From contig QPGO01000057.1 of the NCBI GenBank assembly GCA_008632985.1, positions 62,001 through 126,000 of the forward strand: a stretch of DNA of 64,000 nucleotides, in the 5' to 3' direction. The translations under genes were made by a program, and so were the position numbers. The notes beneath the pieces were generated by a model. That model was given only the letters and a program-made list of their open reading frames with translations, was not told where the DNA came from and searched no databases. This document shows, piece by piece, positions 35,080 to 51,923 of this stretch (position 1 is the stretch's first letter; each line of letters opens with the position of its first letter). The DNA comes from Psammoneis japonica. Lineage: Eukaryota.

Positions 35080-38000
35080 AGTCATTGAATGTCATCTGCA
35101 CACGATCACCATGCAGACCTGAAGGCTTGGGTCCTCCTTTGCACTTCTTTCCTGTGTGCGCACTTGATTGCTGCGCACATCTTTGGAAGTTGGCCAGAGG
35201 CAGAACGATGGTTGCCTGTCAAATTGGCCCGTGGTTTGGATGGGGATGCACCACAACAGCCAGCAAACTCATGTTTTTGCATGTGCATTGAATGCTTGCA
35301 CAGGTCCATCAATGGGGAAATTGTTGTCACCAACTGGCGCACTTTTTGACCACTGCTGCTGCTTGTGTGTTGTCTCTCCACGCACTCTGTGGCCACAGTG
35401 TGAGGGCCAGCCTCTGCACATTTTTGAATCCACACTGAGTGACATTTGTTGACATCCTGCACCAAGATGGTGTGCATTGCAGATGGCAGCCTTTTTCACA
35501 AATGTCACAAAGTGTTTCAGACCACTTGAGTGGCTCCTTGAGCATCTCACATCTGAACCCATGTGCAGGCCCAACAGGCTTTTGGGCTGTCGGCCTGCTT
35601 CAATCAGCAACATTCTCCACACAGCATTTTAGACATCATCTTGCTGAGTCATTTCTTTGCAACTCACACTCTCTTTTCAGATTCACACTTCCTGCTTTGA
35701 GCAGATGGCATGAGCAAATGGAGAGAAATGCAGCAAGATTGAGAAGCCAGGTTTGCAAGATTGTCAATTGCTTGTTCATTTTGATGATGACTTGGCTCTT
35801 GTCATGCAGCTCTTGTCCCTTTTTAGATGCTGCAAGAGCACTCAGTCTCAATGTTGTCATCAGCTCTGGCCACTTTGCACTTGTCTTCTTTCAGACACAA
35901 AGAAGCTTCTTGACATGTGGCAAGAGCCTCAATGCTGCCCCACCCCCCTCATTGCAACAGCAAAAGCTGGCAAATGATTTCTTGTGGCTTTCAAGTCCTT
36001 GTTCAAGAACACAAAAGCCAATCAAGATGCAAGTGCAATCCAAGCCACCCCAATCCACAAGACATCAGCATGTCTTTGCTCTTGTGTGGCCACTCAAGCT
36101 CATTTGACTCCAAAAGTGTCATGGAAGAATGCAAAACTGCTGACATTGACTTCACCAGAGTGGTGCCTGAGAACTCAAACACTTGTCTGCATCACAAAAC
36201 ATTCTCAAAGCAGCTTCACTCAGCAAAGAACAGCTGAAGCAAACACCAACAAAAAGCTTTTCAGCTCTCCATTTGAACCAAGCAAGAGTGCTCATCCAAT
36301 GTTCTGACATCTGCATTGCCAAGAGATCAGCAAGGATCCACAGAGCTGTGTCTGCATTCAATGTTTTGTTCATGTCTGACAAGGCCAGCCATCTCCAGAA
36401 AAAAAGAAAGCTGTCGCAGGCTTGACTTGTCATTGCAGTGCCACACACAAGATGTGGTGGCAGCTGCCCAAGCTCCAACAGCCCCCATTGAGCCCCACAC
36501 TGCTTGGGGAGGACAGCATTGCTAACTGACTCTCAGGCAGTTGCTGCTTGGTCTGTTGCACCAAAAGTGGCACTCCATGCTCCAGCCCCTTTTGCTCGCA
36601 AATGAGCGCTGGTGCACAGAGAGCCTGTGCTCTGAACAAGGTGCCTTTTGCTCCAATGTGTGAGCGGGAAGTTGATGGGGCAAATCTTCCTCAAAGCTTG
36701 GTGTGAACTCTGCAATCAATTTGAGACTTTGGCTGCTCAAAAAGCTCTGCTGAGCACCTTTCATTTAAGTTCCTGAGAGTGTGAGCTGTGCCAAGGTGCA
36801 TCCACTGCAGCTTTTTTGCTCAACAATGTGAGCAGCAAGTGCAAGAGTTTGTCTTGAAAAGGTTGGCCAAGCATTTGTCACAGCCAGTGTCAAAATGTGA
36901 CTTGTCCTGTGTAAAGATGGGCAACTCAGCTGCTCCAGAGCCACTCACTTGGGAGCACTCTGCAGCACCATGGTTGGAAAGCAGTGTGCTTGCCTCAACA
37001 ACTGCACTCACTTCATTTCATCTGCAAACAAGCCTCTGAAGGATTTCTCATCTGCAAAGCAATTCAAGCATCATCTTGTTTTTCTTTTCCATGCAGTCTG
37101 TCTGCATGTTGTGTCTGCTGACTCATCATGCAATTCCTTGGCACAGCTTCAAAATGCTGCACCATGAGAATGACATCTGGGCCATTGCTGTTGGAACTCT
37201 GTTTTTGCATTGTGGTCATGCTTGTGTCCAAAATGTCACCAGTGAGAAGTGCTGATGATGTTGCTGCCCTTGCATGGTTAGCGGGCAGCAAAGGAGAGCA
37301 CTTTTCCACAAAACAGAACAAAAGTCCTGCGCAAAGCTGTTGGTCATTGCAATTCTGCACAGAGTGCAAAAAGGAAGCATTTTCCTCAGGATTGACTGCA
37401 CACATGAACAGCGGACAGGCTTTCTGATCTGGCCCCTCTCTGGGGCACTTTCCTCTCCTTTTGTGTCAACTCCAGACATTTCACAATGCAGCGTGTGCAT
37501 CTCAGCAATCAACCAGAAGCAGACAAACACCATGGCACACAATGCACACACCTCAAAAGCAAGGTTTCACACACAGCATGGGGCTTGGCATCACAAGCAG
37601 GCTCTGCTGCTTGCTGCAAGGTCCACAACAACATGACAGACATCAGTGGACACAAAACCATCATGTTCTTTTTTTTGTTTCTCTCTGGTGAGTTGCACAG
37701 TCCAACCAAATGTCACTCCTCAAAGAACAGGTCATGGGGGGTGAGAGTGGTTTTTGAGTTTCCCTGCTTCTGTCGTGCCCCAACTCTGCAGCTGCTTTCA
37801 ATTTTCTCACTGCTCTGCAATGTGGTTGACATCAACAGGCGCTGAAGGTTTGGGGTGCATTGGTTGATTGCGTGCTCATGCAGGTTGCCTTCAATCCCCA
37901 GCTTGCCAAAAAAAGAAGTGTGCTTGATTGGCAACACATCCAAGCAACTCCACAAAGTGGAAGAAATTCTTCTCCCAGTCATTGAGTGCCCAAGACACAC

Positions 38001-39560
38001 AAAAGAAGTGGGAAAAAGATCAAGAGAGGAGCAGGACTTGTTTTGCAAGAAGAATGGCAAGACACCAATGCCACCATGCTTGCTTTTGAAACAATTAGAG
38101 TGCAAGCATCTCACAGCCATCAGCACAAAATTGTTTGGTTTTACTTCCATGAAGTTGCATCTTGTGCGGGGAGCTGCAACTTGGCCAGCACACAAGACTT
38201 GGAGCACAAAAAGTTGTTTCCAAATGAGTCTTGATTTTTTGTTTGAGTCCCTTCATTTGAAAGAAGGAAACATGACATGACCATGCTGTCATTGACAACA
38301 ACAGACAAAACTGTGCTGAGAGCATCAACTGGATCCCACAAGGAACGGAGCACAGAGTTGCAGCAAGCTGATGATTTCTCACAAGCTCTTGCTCCAGCCA
38401 AGAACCATCCATGCCAAACTGCCACAGCAGCCCATCTTGTCACTGCAGTGCTGGCTCAACCATTGCATTTTGGTGATGATGAGAGTGACAAGAGCATGAG
38501 TGCCACCTTTGCATCCATCTCATGCTCACTCCTGTCTCAGCTTCAAGCTCCTGATGAGAGCAAAAAAAGCAGCACAAAGACTGCTCATCAAGGGGGGCTT
38601 TTTGTTGCATCACCACAAAGCTCTGTGGCAAACTCCAAAAATGTGCACCTCCCATGCAGAGGTGCAAGGAAATGTGGGATGAGTTGGTGTGACAGAATGC
38701 CATTGCTCGTGCATGGCAAACCATGCTGGAGCTCCAGGTGGGAGCTTGAAATCTGCAGTTTCTGTTCCTGGTGTGTTGGCTTTGTCATCTCTGACTTCCT
38801 TGCACACTCCATCCTGCAGTCATCTGACAGCATGTCCTTTTTGCATTGGCCAAAATGGAGCAGATCCATCACCATTGCTTGTTGATCTGATCTCAACAAG
38901 CCATTTTGCATTTTCCAGCAGCCAGCAGTGTGTGTGAAAGGGGCAAAACAGCACTCAAACAACCTGTTTGTCATTTTTGGGCAAGCTTTTGGCAGATGAC
39001 AAAGCTGCTCTGGGCGGCGGCTCTCCAGAACCATCCCCAAACCAAAATGTGGTCAAAGGTGGGGTCAATTTTCAGCTGTGCTGAGTTTCATCTGCGTCTC
39101 AAAGCATTGGCCGCAAAAGAGAAAACTGCAGTCCAGCACTTGTGTGAACATGGGCTTGTTCAGATTTTTCTAAAATGATGCTCCACACTGCAACCCACAC
39201 AGTTGTGTTTGTGTCATCTGAAACAAAAAAGGCTCAAAGTGGGCTTTTCTCTGTTGACAGAGCAAAAACACTTTCTCCATCGATCATCCTTGACTTTGGT
39301 GTGAGCCACCACCAGCACATGATCAGAGCATGTGTGTGCTGAGAGAGAGCAAAGAGTCAGCTCTCGTCCCATCACCACCCATGCTGCTGAATTCTTGGAA
39401 AAGAGAGCAAGGCATTTGTCAGCATGTCATTGCTGTTGCTGTCAATGAATCCAGCAGTGGCAAAGCAGCAGCTTTGATGGCAAACTCCAGAACACAGGCA
39501 GCATCTGGCTGCATTTCGTGCATGCAAAAAAGATGATCACATGGGTTGTTGCCTGAAGAT
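35080..39560. other. TpA/CpG-depleted hypermutated block 4 (between divergent PEX1 and Z-ISO)
   Basis: Same dinucleotide signature; surviving TA mostly in TTA/TAA context. Confidence 0.9.
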
Positions 39561-39863
39561 CCAATCGCGGATCGCGGGCCAGAGGGATGCTGGAGGCAGT
39601 GAAAATAAACCGTTTTCAATGTGGAATTTTGACCACGAGGTGCTTTTTGTACTTGTCTACTGTGCGCCCGTTGTCTTACACGGCAACACGGCCGCGCGGC
39701 GGCGGGGCGGCGGGGGCCGACTACACCCCGGGAAGACAGAGGTTATGAGCGAAAAGATAGCAAATTTTATGAAAACTATTCAGAAGCGGATGTTTCATTC
39801 ACACTGACGTTTTGCGGGTGTTTCGCATCATCTTTTCTTTTTCACCCATTCAAACGATCCACC

Positions 39864-41042
39864 ATGATGGTTTTTCTCCGAAGATGCAGCATTGTCTGCT
39901 TGTTGGTTGCTTCTTCCGCTTCTTTTCAACCCCCCTTAAGCAGTCGAGCCAGAAGTGAGCAAACCTGTTCTCTAGCGCAAAAGCATGGAGGCTTTGTGAC
40001 TCGCAACTACGAAGAAAGGACCGCTCTGTTTAGTAGCGCAGAGCCCGGTGTGCCCAACCCGATCGAGTACCTGGCCAAATCATCGCCTTCGGATCGTTCT
40101 AATGATTTAGGTGTAGGCGAGGATGCTGCAGTCTTCGACATTGCCAAGGAGGAATGGGGAGCCTTGGGTGAACGAGGATGGCTCACATTTTCGGCGGCAG
40201 TCGGAACGATTTTGACGGCAGTTGCTGTTTTGTGGATCAACGGTTCCACAGGGTACGGTGACGACTTTCAAGCATTTCTGGACGACGCTGCAGGTGGAAA
40301 CCCTCATTTGGTTACCTTGGCATATGGTATCGTTTTTCCTATTGTTCATTCTGGACTCGCATCTCTGCGACCTTACGGTGAACAGGTCGTTGGGGCCAGG
40401 GGCTGGCGAGTTATCTTTGCCTTTCCGAGCTTGTGTTTAGCGTATTCATGGATTGTTTACTTTATTGCTCATGCTCATGATGGGATCGTCTTTTACGACT
40501 TGTCTCAAGTTGGATGGATTCACGCTTTGGCATGGATTATCAATTTCGTTTCCTTCTTTTTCCTGTATCCAACAGTTTTCAACCTCAAGGAGGTGGCCGC
40601 CGTTGAGAAGCCAAAGATTCACTTGTGGGAAACCGGGATAATAAGAATTACCCGTCACCCACAGTACGTTGGTCAATTCATGTGGAGCTTGGGACATTTG
40701 GCAATGGTTGGCACGTCATTTACGGCTTTGACCATGGCGTTGCTTGTTGGGCACCATTACTTTGCTTGTTGGAACGGAGATCGACGATTGCTTGCACAAC
40801 ACGGCGACGACTTTTTGAAAATTAAAGAGCGCACTTCTATTGTGCCATTCAAGGCTATTATTGAAGGTAGGCAGGTGCTACCGAAGGATTACTACAAGGA
40901 GCTACTTCGGGCGCCGTATGCCGTGATTGCAGTCGGATCGATTGGAGCATACTTTGCCCACCCGTACATGCAAGCAGGTGCGGCATTGGCAAAGAATTCG
41001 GGTTTGGTCGAGGGAGGTATCTTCAATGGACTGTTTTCTTAA
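39864..41042 (+). CDS. Z-ISO: 15-cis-zeta-carotene isomerase (NnrU family), plastid-targeted
   Basis: SAS-F presequence; [62 protein letters not shown]. Confidence 0.92.
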   Translation: MMVFLRRCSIVCLLVASSASFQPPLSSRARSEQTCSLAQKHGGFVTRNYEERTALFSSAEPGVPNPIEYLAKSSPSDRSNDLGVGEDAAVFDIAKEEWGALGERGWLTFSAAVGTILTAVAVLWINGSTGYGDDFQAFLDDAAGGNPHLVTLAYGIVFPIVHSGLASLRPYGEQVVGARGWRVIFAFPSLCLAYSWIVYFIAHAHDGIVFYDLSQVGWIHALAWIINFVSFFFLYPTVFNLKEVAAVEKPKIHLWETGIIRITRHPQYVGQFMWSLGHLAMVGTSFTALTMALLVGHHYFACWNGDRRLLAQHGDDFLKIKERTSIVPFKAIIEGRQVLPKDYYKELLRAPYAVIAVGSIGAYFAHPYMQAGAALAKNSGLVEGGIFNGLFS

Positions 41043-41771
41043 TATGGCTTCTGCCTCTCGTCACCCCACGTTCTCTTTCGGTGGGGATCGTCTGATGGGC
41101 GACGACGATGGAATCTCACGCAACGTGCTGAAACCGCTAATATTTCAGAACTTCAATATACTTCTGTTGCTGTAGCTACCACCTTTCTCTTAGGCAGTGC
41201 ACTAGAGGGACCGTTGATAACCTTCACTAGGATGAGCTGCTAGCTCCATCCAAGATGCTAGCTTCCCGCACTCGACAGCTTCTCAAATAATGCTGCATAT
41301 AAGAGTGGGGTTTCACATTTGGGATGCACACGGTGAAAACAGGGCCACGGAAGCCGCGTCATCAAGAAGCCTCGCCAGTTCACCGGGCAACAGAAAAAAG
41401 AAAAATGAGCCGGCCCCTCCCCCAGAAGATAGTATCGCGAGCTGCTCTTACGTTTTGGCGCTTTATGTGCACGGAATCTACAAGAGTTTTTAAGGTCGTG
41501 AAAGCTCACTTTCGTGCGGATTCGTTCGAAAGAAACCCCCAACATAATCAGGGTAGGTCTACAAAGATGATGAAGCTATGCGTTTTTCTTCTTCGGAAGA
41601 AGTAGAAAACCACATAAACGTAAATAAAGCGTGGTGACTTCGCTTCACTCAACTCAAAGAATTTAGAAGAAAAATTGAACATGTACAAAAATTATTAAAA
41701 CTGCGAACCAAAATGAAACAAAACTGGGTGACACTCGGAATCAAACCTCAATGAAAACAGTTCCGACGCGA

Positions 41772-43183
41772 CTACGCATCAGGTTGGCCGGTTGTCTGAG
41801 ATTCGAGATCTACCTCGCTGGTTGCGTCGAGAGGAGCAGCATCGTCAGCATCGTTGGTCGCTTCGTTGTTGTTGTCACCTAAGTTCTCATTCGCCATGGT
41901 GTTCTGCCTTGTTCGAGACGCTTCATGCCGCCTACTAATTGAAGTGAGCTGTTTAATTCGTTTCTCGCCAAGAACTTCGATTGCAGTTTCTCTGAATTCA
42001 CTTGGCTTCATCATCAGCTTCCTACAGAAAGGACAATGATCATGCCTGTCTAACCACTCCATGGCACAGTCGAAATGAAACATGTGGTCACACAACCTGC
42101 CTCTCAAGATCATCTCTCCTTCGGCGTATTCATTAATGCAGATAGCACAGGTCGTCAAGTGTTCTGCTTCTTCAAAGTTTTCTGCATTCTCCATGATTGC
42201 GGCCTCAGTACTGTCTTCAGCTGTAGCTTCTTCCTTGCCTTCTTCATCGACAGGGCATTCATCTACAGATTCCGTATCTCCATCCGCAGTTTCAACGTCG
42301 GATGCTTCTCCGACTACTTCGGCTCTGGAAGCCAGCTCAGAGTCTTCTTCAACTGGTTTAGAGGTTGATTCTATCTCCGTCGTTGGAACAATTGCTTTGT
42401 CGTTCTCCTCTTCTTCTTCCTCTTTCTTGGCTTCCTCTTCTGATGAGGGTGCTTCTTCGTCTGCTTCCGCTTCTGAAGCCAGCTCAATGTCCTGCTCTAC
42501 AGAGTCAGAAGTTGACTCAGTCTCCGCCGTTGGTACAATGGCAATGTGATTCTTCTCGCTTTCTTTTATTTGCTTGTCTTCCTCTTTTATTGATGTGCTA
42601 TCAGAAGAGGCTTCTTGATGCTCCACAGGGTTTCCATCGTCATTCGAGCCATCCTGTTGTGCTTCGGTCGCTTTACTCGCCACGACAGATTTGTGGGTGA
42701 CTAAATCTTTTGAGTATGGCTTTCAAATAGTCAAGGTCAAAAATACCGCAGCGGACAATGCGAATAATGAAGCGTTAGGCGAATAGATAAATACAAAACT
42801 ATCAGAAGCACTGAAATACTCGTCTTGCTTACCGTTCCCTTTAAAAGACGGTCCAAAATCAAGCGTCGTTCCTTTAGTGTGAGTCCCCATAACCCTGCCT
42901 TGTGTGCCACAGGACCGGTATCAAATTCAGAAGAATGATCACCAACTGGAATGAAGAACGGACAGCAGCACAAGAAACGATCCATAACCACTGCCAACAA
43001 GTACACCAAGAGTACCAACCCGATCAAGGCTCCGATACAGACAGCAGCAATAACCACGCTTCTCAAAACAACATCGCCGGAATCATCACCTCCACTAGAA
43101 GATCCGCCACCATCACCTCCCGTGCTATTCTCATTGGTACCGAAGCCAATACCGCCTCCACCAGTTTCATTTGGAAGCGACAT
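41772..43183 (-). CDS. Membrane-anchored RING-H2 E3 ligase (intron ~42700-42831)
   Basis: N-terminal TM helix, acidic linker, CAICINEY...CDHMFHFDCAMEWL...CPFCR. Confidence 0.8.
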
Positions 43184-43756
43184 GGAACAAGAATAAAATA
43201 ATAATCTGCCTGAGCGTTGTTTGCAACGTGGTGAGCAAAAAATCGAAAATGTGAGCATGAAACAGCCACGTAGAAATGTACTGGAGAAACGCGTAGAAAG
43301 CGTGACACAAACTTCCGGAAGAAGTGACAGTGAGAATCACCATGATGATTCTGTCATTGTGGGGGGTGTCTATCGACTCGTGCTACCATGGTCATCACTA
43401 CAAGACACAACATACCAACAGAGGTGCAATCAAAAAGAGAGATGCTCTTGTCCTTCAACGTTTTTGCGTGTTGTGTTCAACGATCAGTCACCATTGCGTC
43501 AACTTCGTTTCCGCCAGCGCATCGCGTTGCATTCGCGCATTGGAACAGCCGCGAACAATCTCAATTTTTATGACGTCATCGAGTCTTGCCGTCCGTCAGC
43601 GAGATCTTTGATCCATCAAAGCTGTCCATCAAAGCACAAAATAAAGCGCAGTAGGCCCTAAATGCAAAAAGCGTTCTTATTGCCAGCCATCAGAGTCATC
43701 AACCTCGGCTATCCTGAACGCGTTGCTTTCGATACTTCATTCTCGTCTCTCGCATT

Positions 43757-46698
<2,942 letters not shown>

Positions 46699-46836
46699 GT
46701 ATGCAGTTGTGACGACAAGATGGCGTAATCTTTCAATTAGTTGGTGCAGCTTGAAGTACTTGCATCGAAATGCGAACGGTCCACAATAAAGCGGCCAACA
46801 ATCTTAGCATGCTTTGATTGGATTTTTGTTTTATTA

Positions 46837-48427
46837 TTAGATCTCGGAAGAGGTTTTTCGTTTATTCTTAAACCGCTCAAAGCTGAGCTTTCGTCTCCTC
46901 CTCGCTGGAAAGTCGTTATTCTCGAGTGTTGCATCAAAGTCTCCGATCGACGTTGACGGAACGCTCATTTCGTCCCGACCCCCGTTTTCATTCAGCATTC
47001 TGTGATCCTCCGCCATGGCGTCAAAACTGATTTTTCGCGGTTTGAGCGCACCACTCTCTGGTTCTAGTCCGCGTTCTTCTTGCGTTGGCGACGATCTTGG
47101 TGTAATCTTCTTTGCTCGTTTTCGTTTTCGAGCTCCTTGCTGGCGTGTACGCAACACAGCAAACATGACATCTCCTGCAAGCATTACGATTCCACCCAAA
47201 ATTATGCCGTCCGAGACGTCTTCTTTCAAATACACAATGCTTGCAACGACAACAACGGCTCGTTTAGCCGGTCCTCCCACCAAGGTATTGGTGTATGGAG
47301 AATTCGCAGTGCTGCTCCCCAACACCAAGTAGGCTGCTTCGTTGCATAGATAATACGTCAGTCCGGCAATCAGCATTTCTTGTTGAAACGCATACTTATC
47401 CCTCGATGCTGCATACGCTTGATCCAGTTTCTCCCGCATTTTGTCGCCTTCGCGTATTTTATGCAACAGAAGCAAGAGCATTCCGAAACAATGTCAGGAA
47501 GAGAAAAACATGAGCCAGCGGCAATTGAAATAGCAAAGCAGAGAATGCTTGCGGAGTCCCTACCTTCCAGAACATAGCACACAGGAATCATAATGATGAA
47601 GGAGAGAACGACAAGAAGAGCAAAAACGTTGGCAGGAGTCAGATGGTTTTGTGGAGTTGATTTGATTCGAGCCTTTTTGGACATGATTCCACGGAGAGCA
47701 AAGGCAACATTTGCAACCATGGCGGAAGCAATGCATACGTAAAGCTCTTCTTGATCATGTTTTGATCCTTCCTTTTTGTCGTTTACAGTCAGTACGGAAA
47801 CAATCACTACTCCGACAGCGATTGGAATCAATGCCAGATGAATCATTTTTGGCTCGCGTCGTTTTGCAACTGCCACTGCTGCCAATGTCGAAACGATTGT
47901 TTCTGCCGCTTTCACTGTCAAGGTCAAGAAAAGTGGACCTACGTGTAGCGGTATGCATAAATGTATGTGTGTATGATTGTTAAAACATCACCGGAGGAAC
48001 GTCCCAACCACCATGAGCCACATGAACGTACCGGATTTCATGCTTGCGTTTGTCATGGTTGTAGCAACTGCATGAAAGGCCGCAACCGGAACAAGAGCAG
48101 CAACATCATTCAATTGAACCTTCGGTGGCGGCCGATATCCCAATGACCAAACCGGAACAATGTACAGAAGACCAAGACCGAGATTGGACATTGTTACCGT
48201 GCACGGCAACGGAAACAACTCAAGCACATGCTTTGTATAAACGTTGCAGGCGACAAGTAGAGCATACCACACGACGGCATAGAATCTGGGGGCGAAGAAG
48301 AAATTACGGATAAGGCTCAGATACAAAAAAACATAATTATGAAAGACTAGCAACTGGCGGCGTGAAAATAATGAGCTCCAGTTTCACTGACTTACAGCAA
48401 TGCCAGCGAATCTTTCAGAGCCGACAT
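46837..48427 (-). CDS. Triose-phosphate/nucleotide-sugar transporter family protein (intron and frameshifts, approximate limits)
   Basis: WY..NVYTKHVL..FPLP, TVKAAE, SAMVANVAFALRGIMSKK, YYLCNEAAY, KRAVVVVAS. Confidence 0.7.
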
Positions 48428-48821
48428 CTTTTTTCCTTTTCACAACGCGGTTCGCTCGCTCTCTAAAGACTTCCAGAAGATTTTAATTTACAGGACGTGC
48501 ATCATCCCCTAAAAGCTGCAGTATTCTCCTGAAAGATTAAGAGTCGACTTGGAAGAAGTGAGATGTGGAGACAAAACGCCGCCGCCATTTCGCATCGCTC
48601 TCACTGTTTCTACCTTCACTCTTCGCACCGCATCCCAAAATGCTTATGGGAGCTCGGAGCTCGACTCACACTTCTTCTGTCTGTCTGTCTGTCTGTGCCT
48701 CGTGCGATTTCTGGCATCTGCGGAATCTCCAAAAATCTGCGATGACCATGATGACACAAAACTGAAAACACTAACAACCGCAACAGGCTTTAAGAACGCA
48801 TTCGATACATACAACACAACA

Positions 48822-50649
48822 ATGGACGAAACAGAACTGCTGTATCCTCATATGCTTCAGCCTCTGAAATCACAACAAGAGCTTGTCCGTTTGCTGGAAC
48901 GCTATCATCCCGCTCCGATTGAGTACAGTTATGGGACTGCCGGTTTTCGCTACGATGCATCCGTGTTGGAGTGCGTCATGGTGCGAGTGGGTGTTGTAGC
49001 GGCGCTCCGCAGCTTTGAAAAAGAGGGCCAGGCTATTGGGGTCATGGTGACGGCATCACACAATGATGAATCATACAATGGCGTCAAACTCGCAGATCCT
49101 CACGGTGGCATGATGGAGCCTGACGGAGAAGCCTTGGCTGTGCGACTAGCCAATGCGTCACTGGAACAAGTTCAACAGCTTATAAACTCTCAGTCCACCG
49201 CTAATAGTAATGGGACGGCTATTGTTCATATTGGTCGGGACACTCGCAGTCATTCACCGGCTCTGACGCAGCTTGTGGTTCGGGCCGCTCAAGCCATGGG
49301 AGCAACAGTGATGCTGCACGGGGTTGTGACGACTCCTCAGTTGCATCATGCTGTTGCCCATGCGAATCCACAATACCTTCCGCTTGTGATTCCGCCTCGA
49401 CCTAATCTAGAGGGATACTACGACTTGCTCAGTCATTCCTATCATGCTCTCCTCTTGACTGGTGAGAATACAGACACCACAAGGCCGCCTCTCTCGGTGG
49501 ATTGCGCTTGTGGTGTGGGATATCAACATGTCCAGCGTCTCCACCATCGACTGCAACAGTTAGGCCCAGGTGTATGCAGACCACTGATGGCACGCAATGG
49601 GCCTACGGATGGACCACTGAATGAAAAGTGTGGTTCTGAACATGTGCAGAAAAGTATTTGTCCTCCAGAGTTCTACGACGATGAGTCTGGTGAAATTACA
49701 TACGGTGCATCGTTGGATGGAGATGCGGATCGTATTGTCTTTTTCCGCGACGACAACAACAAGGCTTTGCCTTGATGGACGGAGACAAGATTGCTGTGCT
49801 TCTTTGTGACTTTCTTCAACACGAGCTTGATAGTTTGCTAGGAGCAGTCCACAACAAGACGTCAAGTCCAATGAAACTTACACTCGGCGTGGTGCAGACC
49901 GCCTATGCCAATGGCGCTTCGACGCGCTATCTTGAACAAGTGTTGGGAAAGGACCGTGTCTTGATTGCCAAGACGGGTGTCAAGCACGTACATGCTGCGG
50001 CCCATGACAATTTTGATATTGGTGTGTACTTTGAAGCCAATGGCCATGGTACCGTCTTGTTTGGCCCGCGGTTCTTTCAGTTTTTGGCTTGGGCAGAGAC
50101 TTGGTCCAAGGCATGTTTCGCTACGGCGATTGGCGCTTCTGCCATCGCTTGTCAATCAAGCGGTTGGGGACGCACTCAGTGATTTGCTCTTGGTTGATGC
50201 TATTCTTACACTCAAGGGATGGACTCTGGATACTTGGAATAGTTGTACAAAGATTTACCAAGCAGACAGTGCAAGGTCAAAGTGGAAGACCGTAAGTGCG
50301 ACAATCTAGCAATTTAGTTGGTGAGGCAAGGTTTCTTACTTTATGTTACTGACAAACCTCTCTTTTGTAATTTTTTTCGTTGTCAGGCTCGGTTATCAAG
50401 ACAAATGAAAACGAATCACGCTGTGTTGAGCCACTCGCACTGCAATCCGCGTTGGATGAAGCCATGAAACAAGTAGAGGGCGGTCGTTGTTTTGTTCGTC
50501 CCAGTGGCACTGAAAACGTGGTTCGTGTCTATGCAGAGGCAACAACGACTGCAGATGCGGACGCCCTCGCGTCCAAGGCGGCTCAACTAGTCCACAGCCT
50601 ATGTATGGGAGTCGGAGATCCACCGTCCTTTGTAGCTAGCAAGATGTAA
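48822..50649 (+). CDS. PGM3: Phosphoacetylglucosamine mutase (intron ~50292-50386; apparent frameshifts)
   Basis: [58 protein letters not shown]. Confidence 0.93.
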
Positions 50650-50763
50650 ATTGATCTACTAATTACGTAGGGAGTTTCCAAACGCGAATATTGTTGTTCT
50701 TGTTTCTTCAAAACTGATGTGCCTTCACTCATCGACTCCCGTACTACTTCTTATCGATAAACT

Positions 50764-51923
50764 TTACTTCTTTCTAGTCCCCTTTATCCAGTCGGGAGCA
50801 TCGCTTTTAAAGCGGGCAACAGGTCGCATCAAACGGCCAATGGCTAAAAGCTGTTGCCACACATTTTCGGGCGTGCCCGAGCAATCGAGATTGACCACCG
50901 GCACATGCTGCTCCCTGAGCCAGTCCATGGTGGCGTGGTGGTACTTGTGGTAATTCCGCAGTCTTTTCAAGGCGGTGTCAATGTTATCGTCCTGTCGTTT
51001 AGCACCACCACTGGCAGCACTTTCTCGACCGCGATTGATAATGCGCTCCATCAAAATGGTATCATCGCACTCGAGATGAAGAGCAAGCTCCGGTCTGCCG
51101 CAGAGTTCGACAAAACCTAAAGCGTTTCAATAGAGCGAGGGAACCCATCCAAAAGAACTCTCATGCCAGGATGGGCTCTCATTCTTCGTCGTAGCAGAGT
51201 CACAATCACTGCGCTAGACACCAGCTCACCACGTGCCATGATTGCAGCGCATTCGCGACCAAGAGGCGTGTCACGAGCTACTTCATCACGAAGCAAATCT
51301 CCAGAACTCAAATGTATTACATTGCATTCCGATGCCAACCGAGCACAGAGCCGTCCCTTACCCGAACCTGGACCACCTACAACCAACACAACTCTGGCAG
51401 GCGCTCCAGAGAGAATTCTGTCAGAAGCTTTCAAGAACTCCTAGAGAAAAGATTATGGATTTCAACGACATGCATGAGTGGGGTAATGCCAATAAATGAA
51501 GTGGTTGACAAGGAACAGAAGCGTATGGTCAAACAAATAACGCGAGAGAAAACCATTTATTCATACCTCCAAGTTAATTGTTCCCTTGCCGTTCAAGTCG
51601 GCTGATCGAAACAGTTCTTCGAGTGTATCTTCGTCAGGGCGCTCCCCGATGCTTTCTAGAAGCTCTTTCACTCCTTCCGGATCGAGGTAGCACTGCCCTT
51701 CCACACCTGTCTTTCTGGAAAACTGGTAATAGAGATCCACCACTGCATCGGCTTCACAATCGGCAAAAGCTGCCGAACCAGGAACGTTGGCATCCACAAG
51801 AGTCTTCGCTTCGTTCGAGTTCGTCTGGAACAAGCGCTTCTCCGTCACAGAGAACGATACTACTGCAGGTCTTACTCGCTTGAATAAGCTTCGTGATATC
51901 GATGGTAGAAGACGAACAATCAT
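50764..51923 (-). CDS. Adenylate/UMP-CMP kinase with N-terminal EF-hand (one intron near 51450-51565; frameshift ~51120)
   Basis: GGPGSGKG, HLSSGDLLR, LLDGFPR, RQDDN; EF-hand DLNGKGTINLE in exon 1. Confidence 0.8.

Noticed and set aside
35080..39560. Foreign DNA (virus, contaminant or alternative genetic code)
   Set aside because: A copy of a neighbouring host gene (59.9-60.5 kb) acquired the same signature in place, so the composition is imposed after insertion or duplication.
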